Assembly (NCBI GenBank): GCA_040954595.2
Contig: CM082585.2
Coordinates: 6,783,808-6,847,807 of the forward strand
From: Balanoglossus misakiensis
Lineage: Eukaryota > Animalia > Hemichordata
Length of the DNA: 64,000 nt
Direction of reading: 5' to 3'
The position numbers were made by a program, and so were the translations under genes. The notes beneath the pieces were generated by a model. That model saw only the letters and a list, made by a program, of their open reading frames with translations, was not told the origin of the DNA and did no database searches. Below, in pieces: positions 41,901 to 53,625 of this stretch (position 1 is the stretch's first letter; each line of letters starts with the position of its first letter).

Positions 41901-43678
41901 CTCGCTCAAAAGTAAGATGCGACATCCATACGTGTCTTTTGGGAAATGAAGCTAGGTTACAAGATATGAGGTTATGATAACGATTGGTTTCAACGAACAC
42001 AGCGCAGTGTTGGGAAAAGCCCCTGTCTATACTCCGTCGTACAAAAGAGGTTGCGGTGTTAGACATTCAGCACGCTCATTTGCGGCACGATCTTGCAATA
42101 TACCCAAAGCATTACATGTAGGCACGTCTCTGACCCTGTTAAGACGTGTTCGACTTGATAAAATCGATAAGTCTTCAACGGCAGTCTCCTTAATGACTGC
42201 CGACATAGTGTCTCCGTGATGACTGTCATTGTCATTATACTAATCTCTGCCTTCGAATGCGCAACATGGATTGCCTTTGATGTCCGTGTAACCCAGGGTT
42301 TTCCAAGTGGGAGTTTTCTATTTTAAGTTCTAAGTTAACTTTACCAGTAGATAATTTAATTTATGAGGAAAATTCGGTGACTGCAGCATGCGGCTTGCTG
42401 ACTGATTGACTGACTGACTGACTGAGAACATAGCATTGATGCATCGTCAACCTAATAACGGCTACAGATTTCACCATACAGTTGTGCATCTGTCACTTAT
42501 GCATGTACATACTTAAACATGTAAGTACCACACACTGCATCTGGGTAGTCATCTACCTTTAAAATCTTCAATTCTGGTGAAATGAGCCTGCACTTTACTA
42601 AGTATTTCTTTCTCTTTTAGGTATAGATGTCTTTCGTAACCCGGGAATCTACTCATGTTGTCCCGGAAGAGAATACCCGGATGTGACGTTCACCATCACA
42701 ATCCGCCGGAAGCCTCTGTTCTACATCTTCAATTTGATCATTCCGTGTTTTCTGATTTCTGGAATGTCGTTGTTGGGATTTATCTTGCCCTGCGAGTCTG
42801 GAGAGAAGGTGTCGCTAGGCATCACGGTCTTGCTGTCTCTGACTGTGTTCCTATTGGTCGTTGCGGAAACGATGCCGGCCACGTCAGATGTGATACCACT
42901 GATTGGTAAGTGGTTCTAATGTAGTCACTAGCTGACAGCTGTAATCGTCCACTTTGTCTAAATATTAAAATGCACTGAGTTCTATATCATAAGTCCAAAT
43001 TTAACTGTGAAAAATTCCAAGTTCGGATGTTTAACTTGCTATTGTGAGAAAAAGTAATGGATCGATACCAATGAATATATAAGACAGTAACTGTCAAAAT
43101 TGTAGTTTGAATAGAGTTTATGTCTTCTCGTAATGCATTATAATCGTCTTTTTTTTCATGATTGTCCGAAACGAACAGGTCGTTACTACATATTCACCAT
43201 TGTACTTGTGGCGGCGTCGACAACGATGACGGTGTGTGTCCTGAACTTCCATCACCGCCATCACCCACTACCCCGATGGATGCGAGTCGTCTACTTCCGG
43301 TTCCTCTGTCGTGTGTTATTCGTCGAGTTGCCGGCCTTCATTAAAGCCAAGGAAGATTGCAGCAACTGCATTATAACCAATGCCAACAACATTAAAGAAG
43401 AGGAGGTCAAAATCATTAAGGCCAGTCCGGAGAGGAGAAAGGTCACCAATGACCACACCAAGAAAAACATGACCTTCAAGGATAAAGTCCTACTGGATAT
43501 CTTGAAGAACGTGCAGAAAATCTCGCAGAGACACGAGAGCAAGGACAAGCACACAAAAGTAAATGTTGAATGGCGTGTCGTGGCCAAAATTACAGACCGC
43601 TTCTTCCTCGTCATTTATCTCATCTGCGCCGTCATGATGAACGTTACCATCACTGTACAGGCAATTACACATGTCTAA
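15057..43678 (+). CDS. Nicotinic acetylcholine receptor alpha subunit (alpha7/alpha9-10-like), 7 exons, about 477 aa
   Basis: Exons 15057-15147, 23792-23937, 33350-33394, 40304-40413, 40626-40882, 42621-42905 and 43179-43678 total 1434 nt with all phases compatible. Motifs: Cys-loop [15 protein letters not shown], loop [10 protein letters not shown], loop B FGSWQYD, loop C YSCC...EYPD, M2 [24 protein letters not shown]4 after [11 protein letters not shown]. The 45-bp and 110-bp exons match the conserved nAChR gene structure. Confidence 0.95.
15525..15623. repeat. Imperfect (CAGA)n microsatellite in nAChR intron 1
   Basis: Directly visible; a similar tract lies at ~23370-23430. Confidence 0.85.
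23792..23937 (+). CDS. nAChR exon 2 ([27 protein letters not shown]...LSQINDM)
   Basis: Acceptor ctctgcag, donor ATG|gtaagt; YN..VRPV motif. Confidence 0.95.
33350..33394 (+). CDS. nAChR exon 3 ([15 protein letters not shown])
   Basis: 45 bp; acceptor cttatag, donor CAG|gtaagt; loop D Trp present. Confidence 0.93.
35828..36035. repeat. Compound (GAT)n/(GGT)n microsatellite with a ~42-bp higher-order period, nAChR intron 3
   Basis: Directly visible; blocks such as (GAT)7(GGT)4GAT(GGT)2 recur. Confidence 0.95.
38446..38589. repeat. Two-copy tandem duplication of ~70 bp in nAChR intron 3
   Basis: tcctcattgatttcttgtatcgcatacaa...gaaaatgaatataaac starts at 38446 and again at 38516; the copies differ by a 3-nt indel. 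Confidence 0.92.
40304..40413 (+). CDS. nAChR exon 4 ([16 protein letters not shown]...[10 protein letters not shown])
   Basis: 110 bp; acceptor ttcgcag, donor AC|gtaagt. Confidence 0.95.
40626..40882 (+). CDS. nAChR exon 5 (Cys-loop, loop B)
   Basis: Acceptor tgtag|T, donor G|gtccgt; [22 protein letters not shown]. Confidence 0.95.
42621..42905 (+). CDS. nAChR exon 6 (loop C, M1, M2)
   Basis: Acceptor ttctcttttag, donor G|gtaagt; [26 protein letters not shown]. Confidence 0.96.
43179..43678 (+). CDS. nAChR exon 7 (M3, intracellular loop, M4, stop)
   Basis: Acceptor aacag|GT; [21 protein letters not shown]; TAA at 43676-43678. Confidence 0.95.
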
Positions 43679-46432
43679 CTATGTGAGCTTGCACGTTTCA
43701 CGAGTTGTAAATGTATTTGGGCTTTCTGTGAATTGCAGGGAAATCCGTCTTTATCGTGGGTTCATGGTTCATACAGAAACAGACACGGGATGTTCAGAAT
43801 CAGCCAAATTGAATATCAGCCATGTGGCTACCACACAAAGTCCTTTGGAAATACTTCCATATGAATTCTGAGTTATCGATAAGAAAGCTCTGCGTCTTCG
43901 TCAATAGGCAGTGTATTTTTTATCCTCTGTTTTACAGGAACATTGTTAAAATCGTGGAAAGAGGGTTGTCATCACTGGAGTCAACTGGATATTACATAGG
44001 CAGCATGGTAGTTCACTTAGAGCGGCTGGCAAACAAAGTCGTAATTGTAAACACTGTCAAGCAGTCATCGTGCAAGACTCAATCCATCCCCGTCAACCAA
44101 GCTGTAGTACACGTGTGTCGTTGCATGTCGTGATGTTAGTTAAGTGGTGAAACTTCAGCTAACAACTTTTTTAATGTTTTATGAATAGTGACACGTACAA
44201 TGCATGCAATTGCACGCCTGCCTGTCGTCGACACTAAAATGAAAACTTATGAGCAACCGAATTTCTTGTCCACATACACTCATTAATAGGTTAAGCATGT
44301 TATGAATGTTCTGGAACGTGTATGTTTACAGAGTAGACATCTTGCTTGCCAAACATTTACTACACCATTGTATATCGAGAATATGTCAAATATACACAGA
44401 GAGCTTAAAAAGAATCCTTGTTAATTGTTTTCACTTGAATATTCCTGGTTACTCTATTATTTTTGTGTCTTTCTACTATTCTCTATCCGGAGATAGTGGC
44501 GACCACATTTAGTGTGTCCATATGTCTGTTTTATATCTACATAAGTTGTCGCTGGTGGCGCTGTTGATGTTATCAACTCACGAGTGGTATATTTTGAAAA
44601 AAATGTATTATTTGCTTATATGTGCTTGCAACATTTTCATTAAAATTAGACAGAACTGATTATCCGGCCATATCATCTAAAACAAAACATATGTTACGAA
44701 ATTTTGAGCAATTTCTTCGTATCGAACATGAATGTTCAAATACTATAGTAGTAAGACGTTGTCAAAAACTGACAAGTTTAGTTTAAAATGTAGTAAAGCG
44801 TATGCCGCCATTAATAAGTGCACTGCAGACATTGTGTTATTCTTTCTTAATGCACAAAATTTCTTAATGAACAAATTTACATACATTACCAATTAGGAAG
44901 TATTAAAGTAGGTGATCTGACTTTATTGGGTTGAACGGTACAAGCGTAGTTGAGGGCGCTCTGCGTTTTTTTCTCTGAAACCGTGAAAGGCTAAAGGATA
45001 TTTGCATACAAATTGAAGCTTTATCAGATAAATCAAAATTTGCGAATTTGAAAAAAGGAGAATTCAGCACAAATATGGCGTTATGGTGTACTTTCTGCAT
45101 AAAGTCTGGTAACTTCCAGTATTTTGATAAATACAGGAAGGCTGAATTCATAAATGCAAGGAAACGGCGATGTAAATAAATAAATGAATGAATACATGAA
45201 TAAAGTAATAAATAAAAAAAACTGTAATTTTTCAAAACGATATCACATACTTATCAAGTATTAAATGATTAAAGAGAATTAGTGGATTGTTTTTGTATGG
45301 ATTCATAGAGAAATCTTCCATACAGTACTTATTAGATATATTGCGGAAGTTGGTGATATTGTGTGATGATTTCTTTATACAGAGTCTTTAATTCAGTGAC
45401 GCGTGACGACCAGATTTTCCATTTTCTTGTTGTTTGCACGTTTGGCAATGTATTACACTTCCATAAGAAATATTGATCCTGAGCAGACTAAAAGTGTATG
45501 TGTAGAATTATGGAGATCAAAATTCAAAGAATATTTGACACTTATGCAACCAAGAACAAAGATTGTTAATCATTCTGGCTTAGGAACCGAGTTAAATTAA
45601 CAGTTACGGAGACAGAGTTTATGAGGTCCAGCTACACGGATGTTTTAAAGGGGAAGTGTTGTATAGTCACTAAAATGTTTCTAATCAAACAAGAAGATTT
45701 AATAGGTATTTCACCGTCTCCCAGTATTTTCTGTGTGTCGTTGAATTTCAATAGTGTAAACACATGTAGAAAGGTGAGCCCATTGTCCAAATGGTAAAGG
45801 CACATTCTGAAAATGTAACATGTGTTTCAAATTACACAATCACCTGTAACTATATCACGATTATAGCTAGGTACCCTTTGTAGCCAAAGTTCGTCACTAT
45901 AGCAACACATAATATTCGACGGCGCATTCTATAAGTACCCCACCCTGGCAAACTGCATTGTATGAACCGGATTAAATACCCGGTCTGTTAGGTTTGGCGT
46001 ATAATGGGATAACTTATAGATGATTTCTAATGTCATACACGTACATTCGTATATATGACATCAATAGCCATACAGAACATGGTGGTTTTGCGAGGAATGT
46101 TTTGTTTTGCATTTACCACAGCGGAATAAATTTTACTTATACCTAGCTTAAGCTTGCTATTTTAGTAAAACGTCGATTATTGAATGTGGCAACTTCCCTA
46201 TCTGTTATGTGGTGGAATGTTGAATGGCGTGGTTGTTGGGATGTTGTGCCCGTACACATATGTCTATACACCACATCACTGTGTGAATGAACGACAATAT
46301 CGACCACGTCACAAAAAATATGTACTTTAATTTTCACAATGCTCCAATGTGGACCGTTTACAGTGTCCGTGCATGGGTGAACAGTGCCGACAAGAATGTA
46401 CAAACATCCATATATCCATACAGCCATATATC

Positions 46433-46510
46433 TATACATACATCCATCCATTCATACATACATACATACATACATACATACATACATACAACTGTACATA
46501 CATACATACA
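46433..46510. repeat. (CATA)n/(CATC)n microsatellite in the SCARB 3' UTR region
   Basis: Directly visible. Confidence 0.9.
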
Positions 46511-46627
46511 GATGCAACTCAGGGATTCCATTGGGTCCCACGGTATATATATACACAAAATCAGACCTAATAAAAATGAACTGGTCTAACAGGCGAGTTA
46601 TGTTTCGTTTTGAATATCTTGACACTG

Positions 46628-46702
46628 TCAGGTGAGAAGCGGTTTCTTCTCGTCGTCTTGTTCCCTCGCATTTTGAATGTTCTGGTTTTCCAAACACGGC
46701 TT
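46628..46702 (-). CDS. SCARB terminal exon (KPCLENQNIQNAREQDDEKKPLLT*)
   Basis: Branch-point-like ctaac, pyrimidine tract and cacag acceptor in phase 0; [DE]xxxL[LI] motif before TGA. Confidence 0.8.
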   Translation of the reverse strand, partial: KPCLENQNIQNAREQDDEKKPLLT

Positions 46703-49700
46703 CTGTGTGAAGAGAAACGGTCAAAACGGAAATCAGTTAGAAATGTTACCCTCGTTGATTATTGGTCAATGTGCTCAATCTCTGGACCTCTTGCTCGTGT
46801 CAACATAGAATACCACTTCCATTTCATCAAATCTTTCTTTTTTTCTGAAGGTATAGCACGTTGATGAAATGAAATTTGGACAGAAACTGTCACTAATGCA
46901 CTAACCTGTTTCTTGATTCGCTGTCGTAAAATCAGTACTCCAAACATAATGACGAGTATTCCTCCAATAGCATAAAGTCCATATTTCATATAGTACGCTA
47001 TCTGGTTAGGCAAGACAAAGCCGTGTTTGTATGTTTCCACGATCCCATCAGTGACTTGGACTCGCTGCAATACAGAACACAATATAACTTGCTATTAAAA
47101 TCTCTGTTTTACAGCAAAGAGAACGGAATTAGTTCAGAAATGTTCTGTATTTAGACGAAGCATAGACCCTAGGGGACGAAGTATGCCAAAAACGTGATAC
47201 ACAAATGTGGGGGCGCTGTTCCCCATAGAGTAGCGAATCGAAGTACATGTATATGATAAAGTCGTTTGGTATGCCTTTTCTTTGAAGGGAGGGGAGTGAT
47301 ACTAGAAGTTAAAATCACGCAGCAACAGCAACATCCTGAGAAGGAACAGTTGCAGACAGTTTGAACCCGCCAATATGAAAGGATTTTTGATTGACAAAAG
47401 AAAATATTTTGTGCCCTGATTTCATCATAATCCTTCTTCCGTGACCCAAATCAACAACTGATTGAACAATGAATGGTTATAAAATAATATAATCTATGTG
47501 ACCTGGTTCTCCACATCATGTCCTTTGACCTTTCATGCAATTGTCTGTCCGCAGAACAGAGCAAATCGTGATATTGTCTGTCTCAATGACACGCTAATAC
47601 CGTGTGATAGAAAATTGGACTTCATGGCGTGATATTCATTTGCATATCAATCCTACTACTGTAGTTCCAATCAACAACAATGGACGGTTTAAAAAAATAC
47701 TAATTGACATCATTCAGGTGTATACGTAATCACGTCATGTCCTTTGACCATCTGTGCAATGTTCACAGAGAAAATCGTACTGCTGTAAAACAGGAAATTT
47801 TCATTAACGATAAATTCTTCGCGAAATACGCGAGAGCCAAAAACACGCGAAAATAAAAAAGTCGCGTAAAAAGGTTTTTCGGAGATAACGATGCAGTGAA
47901 ATAGAAGAACGCGAAAAATAATCGTCGCGTAATAGTTGCCGCTTTTGATATCGCGAAAATTTCCTGTCGCGAAAATTGCCCGTTTTATAGTATTTTTTTA
48001 TCTCGACGAAGTCGGCACGATACAGCAAGCTGTTGGGCGATGTCCAATTATGGTAGAGCGTAAGATGAAAAGCTCTCAGGTCGTTATAATATATCTTTGT
48101 GCATGCCAACGATTTTTGCTGCACATTCCCTAAGAATTCTGTGTCATACCACATCAGCCGTGAACTTTGTTCATTACATATGAAAAGGGTCTGCATCACG
48201 TTCCTCACCACGCTCATGTTACTACACAATAAATAGTGACATCAAAAATGTGACCTTTCCCAGTTAGTTTCTGATTATAATAATGATAATGTTTATTAGG
48301 TCATATAGGCCACCGACCTATATTACAACCCGCCAGCCTCTTCCCCCTTCTTTTCTCTCGGTTCGGGAATCTGCTGAAACGTCTCTAACTATCCAGACTC
48401 TGTCCACAATCATTTACATCTTATCTTCAGACGTTGGCCTCGTTCAAGGCCGCAGCGTGTGGTATGCCAGTTATTGATTACACAATCATGATTACTAGGG
48501 GTCAAGGAACTCTATCAACACAGGTGAATGACTTCTTACGTTATCACAGAAAAAATCTCTGACCATCCGTCGTGACTCTGAGTACCTGGTTATAAGTTAT
48601 GATCTACTTACCTCTTCAAACCACAGCACTGGAAAATGGTTGCTTTTGATGTTGCCTGTTTCCCTGGTGATTACAAAGGAAACTACTTTTAATTATGTCG
48701 TATACTGAAAAATTGACAATTCTGCTAAAAATTGGGTTCACCAATACCAGTGTTATAGTTTGTCCGTGAATTATGTATACGATTATACATCAAGCACGTC
48801 GGCGTACCTTGGTACCTATGGACTGATTGTTTGCTCGCATGCATTGTATGAAATGGTCAAATGTGTCTTTCCAAATACGAATATGGGCACCACTACTTGG
48901 AAATTGTGCGATTCTTATTTGATTTGGGTCTTGAGCTGATAATTCAACAAGTCAAACCTACCGTATATTTTCGTCTTGTTCCACGTACATGTTTAGTTGT
49001 AATCGTTCAGCAAAACGCCAGGGTAGGCCCATTTTCTGTCAGGTAATGCGATATGCATAGTTAGAAAATGTAGGAAATGTACGTTTAATTATATACATGT
49101 TCGTTCGTTCGTTCGTCCGTCCGTCCGTCCGTTCATTCATTCATACTTACTGGCTCCATATCTAGGAAATTTTCATGCAATTCTTTCTTCGGACTGAGTC
49201 CCATGATTGCCTCGGCCAACATCGGATCGCCCTCGTAGAAATGGGGGTTGGACACAGACATAGGCGCGCCTTACGGAAGAGAGAACACACAGTACACAGA
49301 TAAAACTTTTTTTAAACACGTTCAGCCGACACAGGGTCTTGAGAAGCAGTCTTGAAGTACAAACGTCATACCGCTTAGAAACAGTCACACATTTAAGCTC
49401 AGAGACTGGAAAATATTAGTTTCTAAGTTGTAATAATATTGTATCGTTATTCTAACGAACTCGCATGCAGTGGGCAATGAATGTTGATTGCAAACATGTA
49501 CGGTAAATACAACCATAAGTGGTATACCTGCTCGACAGGGCCCAACACCGAGAAGACCCGACGGTAGACATTTCGGTTTGCAGAATCCCTGGTTGGGTGG
49601 ATAATCCGTGCCATTTGCATAGGCATATTTGGTCAAGGGGAAATGTAACAAGGTGATTCCCTCGTAGATTACGTCCTTTTCGTATTCGTAAGGCATTGAT

Positions 49701-50681
49701 CTGAAGAAAAATGTTTAGTTAGATGAAATATTACAATAGACATATATTCAGTACGTTTCCAAATGCTTGTGTGTTTGTTTGTTTTTAGTTTGTTTTTTAT
49801 TGATTGGGCGATTGATTGAGCGATTAAGCGATTGGTTGATGGATTGATTGACTGGCTGATTAAATTCTGTATTTCTCGGCTATGAAACTCACCTGCACAT
49901 ATCTGGAGTAAAGATATACAAGACTTCGTCTCTATTGATGTGCGGGTGATACATTGATCCATCTGAGAAAAAGGGATAACACGTCAAATACAATGGTAAT
50001 ACAACTGCATGTTCAAAACGACCCTGAAAACGAGTTCGTGCATCAAGTAACTTCGCTTAGGTCACTCAAGGTCAACTGCGTTCCAACTGAAGCTGGTGAC
50101 TTTGAACTGTTTTTGCATCTATGGCGACCTTCATATAGACGGCGTGAAATAGCTATCAGTCACTTACCAGTACCGTTTATCATGTTAGCTACGTCAGTGA
50201 GCCAGTAATCCAATCGAGACTTTCCTGCCCATCTATTGACGACATTTAAATTCGATTGATCGTCTTCTCCGGTGAACACGGTGAAGACGCCAACGTTTGA
50301 GTTGTTCCGCTGTAATGAAACGATAAAGAGAGACATTCAGTGACCCATGCAACTAAACGGTACACGTAGACCATGAATGCCAACGAGAGAGAGAGGGGAG
50401 AGAGAGAGAGTTAATACTCATGCGATGAAATAAAAAAAAAACATCGACATACTTACCCCCATTAAAAAGCCAAAATGATCACTTGGAATGAGTTTCTTGC
50501 CGACAAGCGGCTGTAACATTTTGAACAACGGTTCTGGGTAGCCCCATATCAGCTGCTTTACTGTTAATTCTATGAACAGTGTTTCCTTCGCGGCTTTGAT
50601 CAAACCGTCCATCAACTTCTGCACAAATCCTGGTAATTGGTCCATCATGTGAACTATTGTCTGAAACAGGAAGACATCGAA

Positions 50682-50743
<62 letters not shown>

Positions 50744-51373
50744 TAGATTCGCTTATCCAACTGGACGAATATCCAAAGAGTCTAAGCCTATCCTGAAGCC
50801 ACACTGACTTACCATTAGCGGCAGGTTCACAGTGGTAAACGTATCATTTTCATCGCCAACGGATAAACTTCTGTCGAATATGTAAATTTGCGGTTCAACG
50901 AAAGATACAGTACCATTGTCATTCCAGGTAATATTTTCTTTCGGTGTGTGGGTCCTGCAAAGAAATGCCATTTACGTTATCATCACAAACGAAAGACAGA
51001 GATTTTACTTCAAGATATTTTTTATATTTAGATTCAGGATCAAGCTGGCTCGCTCGCTCGCTCACTCACTCACTCACTCACTCGCAGTACCTGTATGTGT
51101 ATGGACCAATTTGCTTGACGATAGGCTGTGCACCTTGTAGAACACTCTCTTTGTTCTGCACATCGAAGAAATAAAATTTTTGGAACATCGGGATCGGTGG
51201 ATCGACCCATCCAGGATACAGCTGCGAACTCGGGTTTATTACCATCAGCTGGTGTGAGAAGAAAAATAAACATCTTTAGGCCTAAATTGTAGTCGCATTT
51301 TCGGTGGTTGCTATCCTTGTAATACTTGTTAATTACTAAGCTTCTAAAACTGTGGAATTATAATGACGACGAC

Positions 51374-51404
<31 letters not shown>

Positions 51405-53348
51405 ACGGAGGATGCGCAGTTTGTGATGAGAAACAGCCCTGCCACGCAGAGCTTAAGTTCGATAAGGTCACGTCCTCAAAAGAGAAAAAAACGCAAACCA
51501 AGGCCGCAATCCACAAAAAATGAACGTAACAGCCAGCTAGCATTCATTGCGTACGTGTGTTCACAAGATGCCCCCGGGGACTGGGTTGCCCACAAAGCGA
51601 ATAAGGTCAAGTCCCTTGAGGGACTGCGGTTTTAATCCATGGTCGCCCCACAAAGGGTGACCGTGGCGAAACGCGGCGACAAGGCTATCAGTGACAGTTA
51701 ATCGATTTCTGAAGCCTTGCTGACCATAAGATATATCAAGAAAACAGAATTCAACAAGTACTGATTGTGTTTTTCGCAGCACAGCTTCTGCAGTACATCT
51801 ACGCACATCATTTAGCAGGCTAGCGTGAACCCAACTCTAGCAATAAAAGTGACCCTGGGAATTCGGCGTGTACATGTACAAGAAAGAGCCGTGGGTGTTT
51901 TCGTGTCAACGTACAATGAAAGCCAGTCAAAGAGAAGACTGTTTATCTCTAGCTCTTCGTGGTTTACATTTGAAAAGAGTCACAAAGGCAGTATTCATAG
52001 TTCGGAGTGTGTAAACATCCCTTGAATGCAACTGCCAACGTAACCTGCAAGCATGGGGTTAAGAATATCGAATGCGTCCAAGACGTCGACGCACTAATTG
52101 GACGATATTATTGTGTACATCAAAAACCGTTACATTGTAATTATGAATCAGTGATGGGGCGAAATAACAAAAGCCTCACACTGAACAATTTAATGGTGCA
52201 TGCTTAATTTACAACGTATTGTTACTCCAACCACCAATGTATCGTTGCATAACCCGTCGACCAACCCGTCTGCACGTTCAAGATGTATTGACGTTTTTGT
52301 CATCCAAAATCCCCCCCCAAAATAAACGTTTCTCAGCTAGCTTTTACATTCAACAGGTGTTACATCTTTATACAGACGTTCATCGTTGATGAGTATTTTC
52401 GTTCGATCAGTGAACATTCGAGTAAAAACCAGAAACTCTGAATGATATATATTTTTTAAATAATACTTCAATATTTATTCTTTGTTAGACAGAGTTTCTT
52501 GTTTTACGTCGAACAATTAACAATTAAATTTCTCTTTCTGCTGCTGGCCAAGTATCACCACAACGACCTCTCTCTTGTCTATCATCCTTTTTTCGTGGCT
52601 TCGTGCATAGACTATAGAGAAACAGGACTTTCTCTAAGTAGGGTCTTTGCTTCGTGCAGACGAAGGACACGGTCCGTCTCTTCAACGCGTGCTTCAGTTT
52701 TAGTCGCATATTTGATTTCAATTCCGAAGATTCCTGAACATTCAAACCCATTTTCAGCAAAATCTAACGTTTATGAAGTCAATGCGTTGGAGACCACGTT
52801 GCCAAGTGTAACCGTTTGGATGCAAACGTGTGTTCGTGTTTGTAATTAGGCTATCGTGTCATTCAGGCTGACGTCGGTCTCTGCGCATACGTCCTCAGCT
52901 CAATAATTATGTCTCTGCATGCATGCTGGAAATAGCGATCGCCCGTACTCGTGGCATAACTGCATGACGCCATATGGCTTTGTGAGTGAAAATAGCTTCT
53001 GTTTTCATGTGGGTTTCATCATTTTGGATATTCGGGGAAATCATCTCGAGGAACGCTTCTTGTTTTTGCATTTGGGCGACTATTAAAACTGTAAACAACA
53101 TACAATGTAAGTAGGACTGCCAGACAATATCTTACATAACATTGGCTAAGCCATCATGCATTATTAATTAAAACGGAGCAGGGATGTTTTCTCACAGAAA
53201 AGAACTCCAGCCCATTACTAATACTTACTTTATTGAGGATAAGATTATCGACAGCTACTATGAGGTACGGTAACACAACGGCACCGACAAAACATAGGAT
53301 ACATGCAGGTCCAACGAGCCATACTTTACATCCTCCCGGCAATGCCAT
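46628..53348 (-). CDS. SCARB2: CD36 family scavenger receptor class B, LIMP-2/SCARB2-like, 12 exons, about 495 aa
   Basis: Minus-strand exons 53348-53229, 51248-51091, 50954-50813, 50660-50457, 50309-50168, 49962-49893, 49700-49528, 49269-49151, 49035-48962, 48663-48612, 47064-46906 and 46702-46628 total 1488 nt with all phases compatible. Motifs: N- and C-terminal TM helices, GPYTYR, LIWGY, INGTDGS, CLPSGLL, SNPHFY, RLQLN, PVLWFEE, tail DDEKKPLLT*. Family call is firm; orthology to SCARB2 rests on the tail motif (inference). Confidence 0.93.
46906..47064 (-). CDS. SCARB exon 11 (C-terminal TM helix YGLYAIGGILVIMFGVLIL)
   Basis: Acceptor attgcag, donor CAG|gttagt. Confidence 0.92.
47783..47990. 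mobile_element. 208-bp MITE in SCARB intron 10
   Basis: 20-bp imperfect TIRs ctgtaaaacaggaaattttc / gaaaattgcccgttttatag (3 mismatches), followed by TA; repeated internal cgcgaaaa motifs. Confidence 0.8.
48612..48663 (-). CDS. SCARB exon 10 (ETGNIKSNHFPVLWFEE)
   Basis: Acceptor caccag, donor GAG|gtaagt. Confidence 0.92.
48962..49035 (-). CDS. SCARB exon 9 (KMGLPWRFAERLQLNMYVEQDENIR)
   Basis: Acceptor ctgacag, donor CG|gtaggt. Confidence 0.9.
49151..49269 (-). CDS. SCARB exon 8 (GAPMSVSNPHFYEGD...FLDMEP)
   Basis: Acceptor ccgtaag, donor CCA|gtaagt. Confidence 0.93.
49528..49700 (-). CDS. SCARB exon 7 (SMPYEYEK...GFCKPKCLPSGLLGVGPCRA)
   Basis: Acceptor ttcttcag, donor G|gtatac. Confidence 0.93.
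49893..49962 (-). CDS. SCARB exon 6 (DGSMYHPHINRDEVLYIFTPDMCR)
   Basis: Acceptor tttctcag, donor AG|gtgagt. Confidence 0.93.
50168..50309 (-). CDS. SCARB exon 5 (RNNSNVGVFTVFTG...NMINGT)
   Basis: Acceptor ttacag, donor G|gtaagt. Confidence 0.95.
50457..50660 (-). CDS. SCARB exon 4 (TIVHMMDQ...LIWGYPEPL...FGFLMG)
   Basis: Acceptor gtttcag, donor GGG|gtaagt. Confidence 0.95.
50682..50742. repeat. (GAT)n microsatellite just upstream of the SCARB exon 4 acceptor
   Basis: Directly visible; a second GAC/GAT tract lies at 51362-51403. Confidence 0.95.
50813..50954 (-). CDS. SCARB exon 3 (THTPKENITWNDNGTVSF...VNLPLM)
   Basis: Acceptor tttgcag, donor ATG|gtaagt. Confidence 0.95.
51091..51248 (-). 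CDS. SCARB exon 2 (...WVDPPIPMFQKFYFFDV...GPYTYR)
   Basis: Acceptor cacaccag, donor AG|gtactg. Confidence 0.95.
53229..53348 (-). CDS. SCARB exon 1 (MALPGGCKVWLVGPACILCFVGAVVLPYLIVAVDNLILNK)
   Basis: ATG at 53348, N-terminal TM helix, donor AAA|gtaagt. Confidence 0.88.
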
Positions 53349-53625
53349 TTCATCTACACCGCACACGCAAAATCCAGCAGCAGCCGCAGTAGCTCCTAAT
53401 CAATCAAGAAAGACAACAAGGGGTGAATAAACTGCGCTCGGTTTTTGTTGTCATAATCTAGATGATCAGATTGTGGTGTATAGTCCACACACTACAGCGT
53501 CCCAGCTCTCACTGACCTGGTTATTATAACAATCACGCATGACCATTATGTAGTACAGTTGTTTACTCCCCCAGATATACATGTAGTCGCGACCGCCCTG
53601 GGCCCTGCACAGGGGGCCGTTGGCA

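Noticed and set aside
50660-50804. Poly-His N-terminal extension in ORF 50418-50804
   Set aside because: The (CAT)n tract is intronic; the exon begins at the acceptor at 50660.
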